From a virus: 39,458 nt of DNA. A model generated the notes under the pieces. It made no database searches. It saw only the letters and a program-made list of their open reading frames with translations, and was not told where the DNA came from. This document shows, piece by piece, positions 26,203 to 33,293 of the stretch (positions are counted from its first letter, which is position 1; every line of letters begins with the position of its first letter). A program made the position numbers and the translations under genes. The stretch lies in IMG/VR virus record IMGVR_UViG_3300045988_159199, one strand, 5' to 3'.

Positions 26203-26403
26203 TCACCTCTTGAGTAGTTTGAGGGCGGTCTGGTGGCCGGTGTCGGTCAGGCTCCAGTTGCCCTCGATGTCGGGTTGTATGAGTCCGCGTTCCTCCAGGC
26301 TGGCGAAGGTGCGCGAATTGTTTTCGTATGCGGGGTAGGCGTTGCGGTTGAGCATGGCGATCAGTGTTTCGACCATGGTCGGCGAGAGTCGTTGGCGTCT
26401 CAT
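26203..26403 (-). CDS. Hypothetical protein (winged-helix-like)
   Basis: ATG 26403 is preceded by GGAGGA. The product is 66 aa. Confidence 0.6.
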   Translation of the reverse strand: MRRQRLSPTMVETLIAMLNRNAYPAYENNSRTFASLEERGLIQPDIEGNWSLTDTGHQTALKLLKR

Positions 26404-26423
26404 GGCATGTCCTCCACTCGGGC

Positions 26424-26657
26424 TCACAGTCGTCGGCTGGCCGATGACACCGCCTTGCGGGTTTCACGCAATCGGGCGAGCGTGATGGTCAGGTCTTCGA
26501 GCACGTCTTCGGGAGCGCCTTGGTCGCGCAGCCGGCCCGCGCTGGTGGCCAGCTGGTCGATCAGCATTCCCATGGCGTCGAGTTCGCCGCACGCGGCCGC
26601 CCATTTGCAGCGTTGGCGTGCCGTCTGGCGTCTACTCGGCATCGTTATCGTCGTCAT
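26424..26657 (-). CDS. Hypothetical protein
   Basis: 77-aa ORF with good codon usage. It overlaps the end of the ParB-like gene, so the start is uncertain. Confidence 0.5.
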   Translation of the reverse strand: MTTITMPSRRQTARQRCKWAAACGELDAMGMLIDQLATSAGRLRDQGAPEDVLEDLTITLARLRETRKAVSSASRRL

Positions 26658-28098
26658 GGTCGTCTCCTTCCTTCATGACCTCGATGAGACTGCCGGCGAG
26701 CGCCTGTGTTTCCGCGTCGCTGGGCTTGTATCCGAGCAGTTCGAGGGCTTGGTAGTAGTCGTTGATGCGTTGCAGGCTGTCCAGCTGGTTTTTGTTGGTC
26801 CATGCTCCGGGGTTGATGTCAGCTTCGCGGCGTGCGAGCAGGATGAGGATGAGTTGGAGTTGGCGTGTGTTGTCTGTGCGGGCTCGTCGGCGTAGTTCGT
26901 CGAGGTTTTTGCCTGTGGTTATGTGCCAGATGCCGTTGTCGGGGTCTTTGCCGGTGATGGGCAGTGGCGTGGTCATGCGGTTGTATGCGGCGATGGTCTT
27001 GTCTGACCAGTTGATGTCGCCGGAGCCTGCGGGGAACCGGTATTCGTCGTTGCCGAGGATTTCGCCGTCTACCAGGTGCAGGAGGGCCTGTTGCATCATG
27101 GGTTTCTTCCATGTGTTCTGGGTTTTATGGATCCATTCGGCTCGCAGGGCTTGGCTGGCATCGTGCAGTTCCCGTGCCTTCTTCGTCTGTTCGCGCGCGT
27201 AGGCTCGGCGTTGTTTTTCGGCTTGTTTCGCCCGGTTGGCGTTGTCGATCTGGTCTTGGGGGATGCGTTCGTAGACGATGGTCCTGTGGGCGGTTTCGTC
27301 AAGGCCGATGATGGCGTCGATGTTCGGCTTGTTGCCGATGAGCTTCTGCCATTGTTTTTCGAAGCTGGTGTTTTGGATGTTGGTGATGCAGGTTGAGTAT
27401 TGGTAGCCTTCCGGCGCGTCATTCCACCAGTTCGAGGGTGCTTGGCAGGTTTTGAGTCCGGCGCGGTGCAGGTAGTCGATCGCCTTGTTCATCCACACGG
27501 TTCCCCTGCGTTCCTCGCGGGCTTTGCGTACCGTCCAGTCCCAGTTGTTGGTTCCGGCCTGGCGTGCGAGTTCCTGCTGGGTGGTTTCGTCTCCTTGGAA
27601 TTCGGCGAGCACGTCCAGGTCGGATAGTGACAGTTGGTTGAAGTCCTTGGCGAGGGCTCGGGTGAGGCGTGGGATGCCCGCGATTTTGAGGCGGCGGCGC
27701 ACGAAGTCGGTGCTGCGGCCGGTCTTTTCGGCCATGTTCTCGATGCTGCTGCCCAGGTCGAGCAGTCCCTGGTAGGCGTCGGCTTCCTCGATGGGTGTCA
27801 GGTCGTGGCGTTGCGTGTTCTCGATGACCATGAGCTCGCGTTCGTCCTTGGGCGAGAGTTCCATGATCCGGCATGGTACCTGTGCGAGTCCGGCCTGTTG
27901 GGAGGCGGCGAGCCTCCTGTGGCCGATGACCACCCTGTAATCGGTTGAATCGGCGATCGGGGTGACCACGAGCTCCTGCTGGATGCCGTGCGCGCGGATG
28001 CTGTCGGCGAGCGCGGTGATGTCTCCGATGTTCTTGCGGGGGTTGTTGGGGTTCGGCTTGAGTCGGGTGGTGTCGATGAGGGTGATGGTGGGGGTCAT
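26632..28098 (-). CDS. ParB-like nuclease/partition N-terminal domain protein
   Basis: LKPNPNNPRK..IRAHGIQQELVV..VIGHRRLAAS (ParB boxes including GHRR), followed by a long helical C-terminal extension. Confidence 0.8.
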   Translation of the reverse strand: MTPTITLIDTTRLKPNPNNPRKNIGDITALADSIRAHGIQQELVVTPIADSTDYRVVIGHRRLAASQQAGLAQVPCRIMELSPKDERELMVIENTQRHDLTPIEEADAYQGLLDLGSSIENMAEKTGRSTDFVRRRLKIAGIPRLTRALAKDFNQLSLSDLDVLAEFQGDETTQQELARQAGTNNWDWTVRKAREERRGTVWMNKAIDYLHRAGLKTCQAPSNWWNDAPEGYQYSTCITNIQNTSFEKQWQKLIGNKPNIDAIIGLDETAHRTIVYERIPQDQIDNANRAKQAEKQRRAYAREQTKKARELHDASQALRAEWIHKTQNTWKKPMMQQALLHLVDGEILGNDEYRFPAGSGDINWSDKTIAAYNRMTTPLPITGKDPDNGIWHITTGKNLDELRRRARTDNTRQLQLILILLARREADINPGAWTNKNQLDSLQRINDYYQALELLGYKPSDAETQALAGSLIEVMKEGDDHDDDNDAE

Positions 28099-28108
28099 TT
28101 CGTGCGGG

Positions 28109-28342
28109 TCACGCTCCTTGGTTGATGGCTTCGGCGAGTGCTTGGGCGGTTTGTCGGATGCCGGGGTTTGGGGTGATGGTGGTGAGGTGGAGTGCGAGGT
28201 CGGCGACGAGTTGGGGGTATTCGTCGGTGTGGGCGAGGATGGTTATTCTGCTGTCTCCGTTTTCGATGTGGGTGGTGTTCCAGTCGGCGTCGGTCAAAGT
28301 GATGCCGGTGGTGTGTCCTGTGGTGTTGATGATGGTGCTCAT
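28109..28342 (-). CDS. Hypothetical protein
   Basis: 77-aa ORF with very high GC3. Confidence 0.6.
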   Translation of the reverse strand: MSTIINTTGHTTGITLTDADWNTTHIENGDSRITILAHTDEYPQLVADLALHLTTITPNPGIRQTAQALAEAINQGA

Positions 28343-28461
28343 TGGTTCTCGCGGTTCTCGTAGTTTTGTGGTTCCTGGTTGATGGTGTGGGGTCGGCGCT
28401 TGCGGCGGGCTTTCTGTCGTTGGTGTTCGATGGTTTGGCGGCGGTGCTTGTGTTTGCTCAC
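28339..28461 (-). CDS. Possible very basic 40-aa peptide
   Basis: A GTG start overlaps the RusA stop (GTGA) and its stop overlaps the next start (ATGA). Sequence: VSKHKHRRQTIEHQRQKARRKRRPHTINQEPQNYENRENQ. Codons are mostly preferred. Confidence 0.35.
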   Translation of the reverse strand: MSKHKHRRQTIEHQRQKARRKRRPHTINQEPQNYENRENQ

Positions 28462-29069
28462 TTGGTGGTGTCCTTTCGGTCGTGGGGGTGTTGGCGGAGC
28501 ATGTCGGCGAGGCGTTGGCTTCGGCGTTGCAGGTTGTCGTGGATGGTTCGCCCGGCTGGGGTTGCGGGTTGCCAGTCGGGCAGTTCCGGCGTGCTGATGG
28601 GTCGGATGGTCAGGTAGACGCCTTCGGGGCGGGTTTCGTCGGCGTAGCGTTTGCTGATCTGCCAGTGGATGATGCGGCTGTCGTTGGAGATCACTCCCTC
28701 GCGGTTTCGGCCGGGGTATCGGCTGTTGGTGGTTTGGAGCGCGTCGCCGATGGCGCGTTGGAGTTTGTCGAGGTCGCCTCCTCCTGAGGTTTTCGCGGTC
28801 TGCCATGCGGGCAGGTCGTGGAGCTTGTCGGTTCGGGGCACTCGGATTTCGCCGGTGATGGAGATTGGGCAGTCGTAGGGTTTGAGTCCGCTGGCGGTCA
28901 TCATGCTGACGGCCGTGCCGCGGATCGCGGCTTCCCAGGATTGCAGTCTTGCGTCGACGCTGACCGCTTTGCCGTGTTTGGTTCGCCATGGTTGGACGCT
29001 GCCTTTGGTGATGGGCGTGCCCTGCACGATGATGTCGAGCGGTTGGCCGTTGTTGTCGTTGCCGTTCAT
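28458..29069 (-). CDS. rusA: RusA-like Holliday junction resolvase
   Basis: ATG 29069 overlaps the upstream stop (ATGA). Motifs seen: VQGTPITKGS, GDLDKLQRAIGDAL and VISNDSRIIHWQISKRY. The rest of the 531-aa ORF is a shadow frame. Confidence 0.65.
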   Translation of the reverse strand: MNGNDNNGQPLDIIVQGTPITKGSVQPWRTKHGKAVSVDARLQSWEAAIRGTAVSMMTASGLKPYDCPISITGEIRVPRTDKLHDLPAWQTAKTSGGGDLDKLQRAIGDALQTTNSRYPGRNREGVISNDSRIIHWQISKRYADETRPEGVYLTIRPISTPELPDWQPATPAGRTIHDNLQRRSQRLADMLRQHPHDRKDTTK

Positions 29070-29740
29070 TGTTCGGCTCCCCGATATTGTGCGATGACGA
29101 CGTAGCAGTCCTTGTGGCGGCGGTCGGGCGCGATTTCCACCCGGTATGAGCCCTTGGGCTGGAAGCCGACGAATTTCGCGTTGCGCAGGCGGCGGCGCAG
29201 TTCGAGGGCGCGGCGACGGCTTTTGCCTTCGGCGACGATGGCCGGACGGTCGGGGAATCGGCGCAATGCCTGCGCGATCCGCTTCCATTTGCTGGCGGTT
29301 CGCGCAGGGGTGGTCACGATGTCGTCGGGCCAGCGTTCGATGAACCGGACGCTGCGCAGCAGTTCCAGATCGGTGTCGGATGCGGTGGCGTCGCCTGTTT
29401 GGGGTGTTTCGAGCTTGCTGATCTCCGTTTCCACGGACTCCGCCGGGCCCAGTCCGAGATGCTTGAAATACTGTTCGCCTGTGATCGGTTCGGCGCCGGT
29501 CTCGGTCTGGGTTTGCGTGCTTTGCGTTTCCTCGGCTGGTTGTGGTGCCGGCGTCTCGGTGGCCTGTTCGGGCAGTGGCGATGGCGCCGTCTGGGGCTCG
29601 AGGCCGGGACGGTTGATGCCGTGTTTGCGGCAGTATCGGCCGACCGCTATCTTTTCGTTGGATTCCAGCGCGTCCCACCCTTGGTCGACGGCGATGCTGT
29701 AGAGCTGCTTGACTTCCTCGGTCGTGTATTTCGTGGTCAT
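29066..29740 (-). CDS. Hypothetical protein
   Basis: ATG 29740 is preceded by AAGGAG. The 224-aa product has a Pro/Thr/Glu-rich linker. Confidence 0.65.
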   Translation of the reverse strand: MTTKYTTEEVKQLYSIAVDQGWDALESNEKIAVGRYCRKHGINRPGLEPQTAPSPLPEQATETPAPQPAEETQSTQTQTETGAEPITGEQYFKHLGLGPAESVETEISKLETPQTGDATASDTDLELLRSVRFIERWPDDIVTTPARTASKWKRIAQALRRFPDRPAIVAEGKSRRRALELRRRLRNAKFVGFQPKGSYRVEIAPDRRHKDCYVVIAQYRGAEQ

Positions 29741-29748
29741 GATGCTCC

Positions 29749-30198
29749 TTAATTGGTCCATGGGTCATTGGCTGGTGCCGTATATTCGCCGTATTCGCCG
29801 GACTGCGGCGGCTGCGGCGTCGCGTGTTGGCCTCGCTGGATGCGGGTGATGGCGGTGGTGGCGCGTTGCAGGCTTGGTCCGATGTCTTCGATGACCCAGC
29901 GTGTGGACCAGCCGGTGCCGCCGTCGCGTTTCTCGTACTTGCTGGTCTGTGGGCGTACCGTGGCCATGATCTGGTCTCCCTTGCCGAGCGATGCCACGAT
30001 GTGCTCGGCGAGTTCGCGCCATGCCTCGCACTGCCAGCTGGTGGGCGTGACATCGACCGGGTTGCCGGCCGTGTCCTTCTCCCAGCCGCTGGACAGGATG
30101 CGCAGGTTCACGACCGGTATCCCGTTGCCCGTGGTCCGGTATTCCGGGTCAGCGGCCAATCGGCCCCTGATGATCGAGATGCTTGGGTCTTTGGCCAA
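29749..30198 (-). CDS. ssb: Single-stranded DNA-binding protein
   Basis: The OB-fold pattern IIRGRLAADPEYRTTGNGIPVVNLRI..CEAWRELAEHIVASLGKGD is followed by a Gln/Pro-rich tail. Confidence 0.8.
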   Translation of the reverse strand: MAKDPSISIIRGRLAADPEYRTTGNGIPVVNLRILSSGWEKDTAGNPVDVTPTSWQCEAWRELAEHIVASLGKGDQIMATVRPQTSKYEKRDGGTGWSTRWVIEDIGPSLQRATTAITRIQRGQHATPQPPQSGEYGEYTAPANDPWTN

Positions 30199-30199
30199 A

Positions 30200-30400
30200 T
30201 CAGTCTCCCTTCGGTTCTTCCTGGTCTTCTTGGTCTGGATCTTCCTGGTATGTGGTGGATGGCAGCAGCACGCCGACGGTGAAGCAGTACATGCCGCCGA
30301 GCATCGGCTCTCCCCTGCCCTCGTGGGCCCCGACCAGCAGGAGAACCAGACCGGTGAGCGCGAGGATCAGGCCCGTGACGCGGATGATTCTGTCGCGCAT
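30200..30400 (-). CDS. Small membrane protein (66 aa, 2 TM)
   Basis: ATG 30400 is preceded by GAGGA. Sequence: MRDRIIRVTGLILALTGLVLLLVG...GGMYCFTVGVLLP, followed by an acidic tail. Confidence 0.6.
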   Translation of the reverse strand: MRDRIIRVTGLILALTGLVLLLVGAHEGRGEPMLGGMYCFTVGVLLPSTTYQEDPDQEDQEEPKGD

Positions 30401-30402
30401 GC

Positions 30403-30735
30403 CTATTCCTCGAATTGGGCGATGAATTCCTCCATCGCCTTGCGGGTGACACGTCGCCAGCTTCTGGTTCCCCGTCGGCTTGGCGGACGGAATGTGGTGA
30501 GAGTGCCGTTGTTCGCGGCGATGAGCAGTGCGTGATAGTCGATGTTCCACACCTTCGCGGCCGAGTTCAGCGTCCAGGATTCACGTTCGTTGAGCGGTGT
30601 CTGGTTGACGGGGATCCGCACGCCGTATTGGTCGGCGAGCGCCTTGCGAGTCTGTTTCGTGGTTTCGGCGCGCACTCCCTGCTCGTTGAGTCTGGTCATG
30701 AGGGCCACGTGTTCGAGGATCTTGGTTTCGTTCAT
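30403..30735 (-). CDS. HTH DNA-binding protein (excisionase/MerR-like fold)
   Basis: WTLNSAAKVWNIDYHALLIAANNGTLTTFRPP..RRVTRKAMEEFI. Confidence 0.6.
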   Translation of the reverse strand: MNETKILEHVALMTRLNEQGVRAETTKQTRKALADQYGVRIPVNQTPLNERESWTLNSAAKVWNIDYHALLIAANNGTLTTFRPPSRRGTRSWRRVTRKAMEEFIAQFEE

Positions 30736-30950
30736 TGCTGGTCCTCGCTTTCGGTGAGGTATGGTTCAAGTTTTTCCATCGCCCACGGGAGTGCGAGCAG
30801 TACGCCACTGGCGACGTAGACGGCGAGCGCGATGGTGTTGCCGATCGGGTGGGAGCAGCCTTCGTGGGTGAGCAGCCATGCGAGGGCGAGCAGCATGATG
30901 ACGGCGAGCGTGATGGTTTCACCGTTATGCTCTTGCTTTCGGGTTCGCAT
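30732..30950 (-). CDS. Small membrane protein (2 TM)
   Basis: ITLAVIMLLALAWLL and IALAVYVASGVLLALPW. The gene overlaps the upstream gene by 26 nt, so the start is uncertain. Confidence 0.55.
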   Translation of the reverse strand: MRTRKQEHNGETITLAVIMLLALAWLLTHEGCSHPIGNTIALAVYVASGVLLALPWAMEKLEPYLTESEDQQ

Positions 30951-31221
30951 CGATGGTCACCCCCTTGGGCAGATAGTCGGCGAGTGTGATGGATGGCAGG
31001 AATCCCGCGTCCGTTTTGGCGTCCATCAGGAGCGCTTTGCCGATCTGGTCGGCGGCGGCGCTGCTCATGCTTCGGACGAAGTCAGGTATGTCTTCGGCCA
31101 GTTGAAGGCTCAGAAGGCTGCTGCCCTGTTCTCCGGCACCGTCGAGGGTGACTCGCGCGATCGGCGCGGTCATGCCCCCGATGCTTACGGTGAAGTCGAA
31201 GATGATAGGTTGGCCACTCAT
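30925..31221 (-). CDS. Hypothetical protein
   Basis: ATG 31221 lies 7 nt after AAGGAGG. The product is 98 aa. A hand count puts about three quarters of codons ending in G or C. Confidence 0.7.
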   Translation of the reverse strand: MSGQPIIFDFTVSIGGMTAPIARVTLDGAGEQGSSLLSLQLAEDIPDFVRSMSSAAADQIGKALLMDAKTDAGFLPSITLADYLPKGVTIDANPKARA

Positions 31222-31262
31222 CACGCCACCTCCTTGGATGCTGTCACCGTAGAATCGTGCCT

Positions 31263-31910
31263 ATGGGTGGTCTGGTTTCCTTCTTGCAGTGGGTTTGGTC
31301 GGGTATCGGTGGTTTGGGTGGATTTGTCGGTCTGCTTGGCGGCGGTTGCGGCGTCTTCGCCTTGTTCCAGACGGGCAAGTCGAATCTGCTCGCGAAGAAG
31401 GCGAACCGTATTGCGCAGGAAGCCAACAGGATCGCCGCTGACGCGAAGGGGGTCGCCGAGGAGGCCAACCGTCTTGCCGGCAAGGCGAACGAGATAAGCG
31501 CAGACGCGAATGCGATCAGCCAGAGGGCGTTGAGCGTTACCGCGGATCAGACGGTCTACAAATGGCGGGGTGAATTCGATGGCGAATCGTCGACCGTCTT
31601 CCTGCTCAACGACTGCCCCCACGAAGCATCTGACGTTCACGTGTTCGTCCGTCACGAAGACCAGACCATCATGGACAGGATCGTCGATAAAGTACCCGCG
31701 TTCGGCGAGATCCCGCTCAAGGACGAGCTGTTCACGCAGAAGGTAGTCGAAGACCAGCGTTCCATCGACAGGCTCAACTCCAGTGCCGGGTTCGTCTACA
31801 TCGGGGTCGGCGGGTATGACGTCACCGTCCATGTCGCCTACACCACTGAGCTCGGGAGCAGACGCAGCAATACGATCAAGCATCGCCTGACCGACGGCCA
31901 ACGCCATTGA
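31263..31910 (+). CDS. Membrane-anchored coiled-coil protein, opposite strand to the early operon (candidate lysogen-expressed exclusion factor)
   Basis: TAGAAT at 31250-31255 ends 7 nt before ATG 31263, giving leaderless geometry. The protein has an N-terminal Gly-rich TM segment, AN(R/E)IA-type repeats and a beta-rich C-domain. Hand-counted GC3 is about 0.77 against about 0.61 for the overlapping minus ORF. Confidence 0.6.
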   Translation: MGGLVSFLQWVWSGIGGLGGFVGLLGGGCGVFALFQTGKSNLLAKKANRIAQEANRIAADAKGVAEEANRLAGKANEISADANAISQRALSVTADQTVYKWRGEFDGESSTVFLLNDCPHEASDVHVFVRHEDQTIMDRIVDKVPAFGEIPLKDELFTQKVVEDQRSIDRLNSSAGFVYIGVGGYDVTVHVAYTTELGSRRSNTIKHRLTDGQRH

Positions 31911-31924
31911 ATCCTTGCTGGACA

Positions 31925-32125
31925 TCATGCCACTCCTCCCAATGAGAGCAGGAAATTGAATACGAGGAACGTGATCACGACCATCACGATGACGAACACG
32001 ATGGGGTGATCATCCAAGAGGCGCATGAACAGAAGGAAGACAGCCACTAATACGGCAACGATTGTCAAGGCCACGACGAACACGGATGCCGTGAACGGCA
32101 ATGTTTCGATGTACTTCTCGACCAT
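31925..32125 (-). CDS. Small membrane protein (66 aa, 2 TM)
   Basis: MVEKYIETLPFTASVFVVALTIVAVLVAVFLLF...IVFVIVMVVITFLVFNFLL. Hand-counted GC3 is about 0.74 against 0.55 for the mirror frame. Confidence 0.65.
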   Translation of the reverse strand: MVEKYIETLPFTASVFVVALTIVAVLVAVFLLFMRLLDDHPIVFVIVMVVITFLVFNFLLSLGGVA

Positions 32126-32214
32126 CACATCTTCTTGTGGTCTGGGGTATCCCTTCGCCGGGCTAGATTGGAAAGCGCCAACCAAGCAACCAGCCCAACG
32201 AAGGGAAGAATGAA

Positions 32215-32487
32215 ATGGAGCCATTGGAAGAACGTTCGAGCAGTGAAACGGTCAGGGACGGGGAACGTCATACGCCATCGTGGTACGTTCACTTCAACGG
32301 ACATCGGCTCGGGCCGGTCTCCGATGCGAAGTTCAAGAAGATGGCGGACACTCTCATGTCCATCGTCAGAGAGGGAAAGCACCACGGGCTCGCGTTCACT
32401 CTTCCTGAGGATGGCCGTGATGTCTGCTGCATCTGGACTCCCGGCGTCCCGATCAGCTTCAAAGAGGCTGACAGTGAATCTGAATGA
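32215..32487 (+). CDS. Hypothetical 90-aa protein (strand assignment uncertain; alternative is minus ORF 32125-32493)
   Basis: AAGGGAAG lies about 9 nt upstream of ATG and TAGATT lies at 32164-32169. Codon choice is better than in the mirror frame (AAG/ATC/TGC against CTT/GAT/GCA). The C-terminal EDGRDVCCIWTPGVPISFKE resembles, from memory, small actinobacterial GR..IW..P..P..F proteins. Confidence 0.45.
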   Translation: MEPLEERSSSETVRDGERHTPSWYVHFNGHRLGPVSDAKFKKMADTLMSIVREGKHHGLAFTLPEDGRDVCCIWTPGVPISFKEADSESE

Positions 32488-32489
32488 CA

Positions 32490-32774
32490 TCACGCCATCT
32501 CGCTTTCGGCGAGCGCTGGAATGGTGTTTTCGGCGGTGTCGAGCTTCTCAGCCATGGCAATGATTGAGGACAGAGGACGATGCGTCACGCCCGCAATGCG
32601 GCGCAGCTCGTCAAAGTTAAAAACACCGACATTGATTTTGCGGTTTAACGTGTTCCGAGGAATTTCTGCCCGATCAGCGAGCATAACTTGTGTCATTCCT
32701 GACTCATTGAGGACCTGCTTTATTGCAATCCCTAAATGCCTGTTTTCAAGCAAATATTGTTTCATATGAGACAT
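32490..32774 (-). CDS. Cro-like XRE-family HTH regulator, first gene of the early (lytic-direction) operon
   Basis: GMTQVMLADRAEIPRNTLNRKIN is an HTH. The gene is divergent from its paralogue, and its first codons (ATGTCTCATATGAAAC) coincide with an operator-like repeat. Confidence 0.8.
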   Translation of the reverse strand: MSHMKQYLLENRHLGIAIKQVLNESGMTQVMLADRAEIPRNTLNRKINVGVFNFDELRRIAGVTHRPLSSIIAMAEKLDTAENTIPALAESEMA

Positions 32775-32864
32775 GATAAAACCAAGATTGCGCTCTTCAA
32801 AACACGGCGTGTCTCATATGAAACAAGAATGCTTCATATGTAAGTAAAATGTCTCACATGCCAA
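32759..32864. promoter_or_regulatory. Operator cluster of the genetic switch: four copies of TGTCTCAYATG(AAAC)-type sites
   Basis: 32759-32773 (gtttcatatgagaca) is the exact reverse complement of 32810-32824 (tgtctcatatgaaac). Weaker copies lie at 32831-32845 and 32850-32864. The region is AT-rich and only 74 bp are non-coding. Confidence 0.6.
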
Positions 32865-33229
32865 CAGGAAAGAAGACCGCGACGATTGAATCAAAGGCGC
32901 TTTCAATCGCAATCAAGAGAGCTATGGCCGTACGTGATTTCAAGACACGATCACTGGCTATCGAATCGGGAGTGCCTTATGGCACCCTCCGACGCATCCT
33001 TGAGCTCAATACAGTCGCCGACTATGAACAACTCAGGAAGATTGCGGGAGCATTGCGCATGCCGCTCTCTTCCATCATCGCCGACGCCGAGCACCTTACA
33101 AAAGACGCAGGGGTCATCGAAGATTACCAAGCTACCGATAACCGAGAAACTTCGAGTGACCATGAGAACATCGACATCGACGCATGGGCCGACCGGATCA
33201 AGGCCGAAGATTCCATACACAATAATTAG
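32849..33229 (+). CDS. CI-like XRE-family HTH repressor (no S24 peptidase domain)
   Basis: LAIESGVPYGTLRRILE is an HTH. It shares IAIK, LR.IAG and PLSSIIA.AE.L with the Cro-like paralogue. It is transcribed toward int and followed by a terminator. Confidence 0.75.
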   Translation: MSHMPTGKKTATIESKALSIAIKRAMAVRDFKTRSLAIESGVPYGTLRRILELNTVADYEQLRKIAGALRMPLSSIIADAEHLTKDAGVIEDYQATDNRETSSDHENIDIDAWADRIKAEDSIHNN

Positions 33230-33258
33230 TAGTCCACAGTCGCCGAATAAACAAAACG

Positions 33259-33286
33259 CCCCGGTCGCTCGTTATGAGCGCCGGGG
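33259..33286. terminator. Bidirectional rho-independent terminator
   Basis: ccccggtcgctc / gagcgccgggg forms the stem (one bulge). TATTTTGT follows on the plus strand and CGTTTTGTTTATT follows on the minus strand. It lies between two convergent genes. Confidence 0.75.
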
Positions 33287-33293
33287 TATTTTG

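Noticed and set aside
28458-30053. 531-aa minus ORF spanning RusA, the 224-aa gene and SSB
   Set aside because: Only the last 203 codons (from ATG 29069) look like a protein (RusA motifs). The upstream part is Arg/Pro/His junk overlapping two well-supported genes in other frames.
31221-31928. 235-aa minus ORF that would make the early operon continuous
   Set aside because: It has lower GC3 and an excess of GAT/GTT/CTT/GGT codons, as expected for the antisense of a well-adapted plus-strand gene, and its C-terminus is low-complexity Thr/Gln. The rejection is not firm, because its ends form ATGA/TGATG junctions with both neighbours (see finding).
32125-32493. 122-aa minus ORF following the Cro-like gene
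   Set aside because: Its codon usage is weaker than that of the mirror plus ORF. The rejection is weak, because translational-coupling junctions and the missing SD of the downstream gene favour it (see finding).
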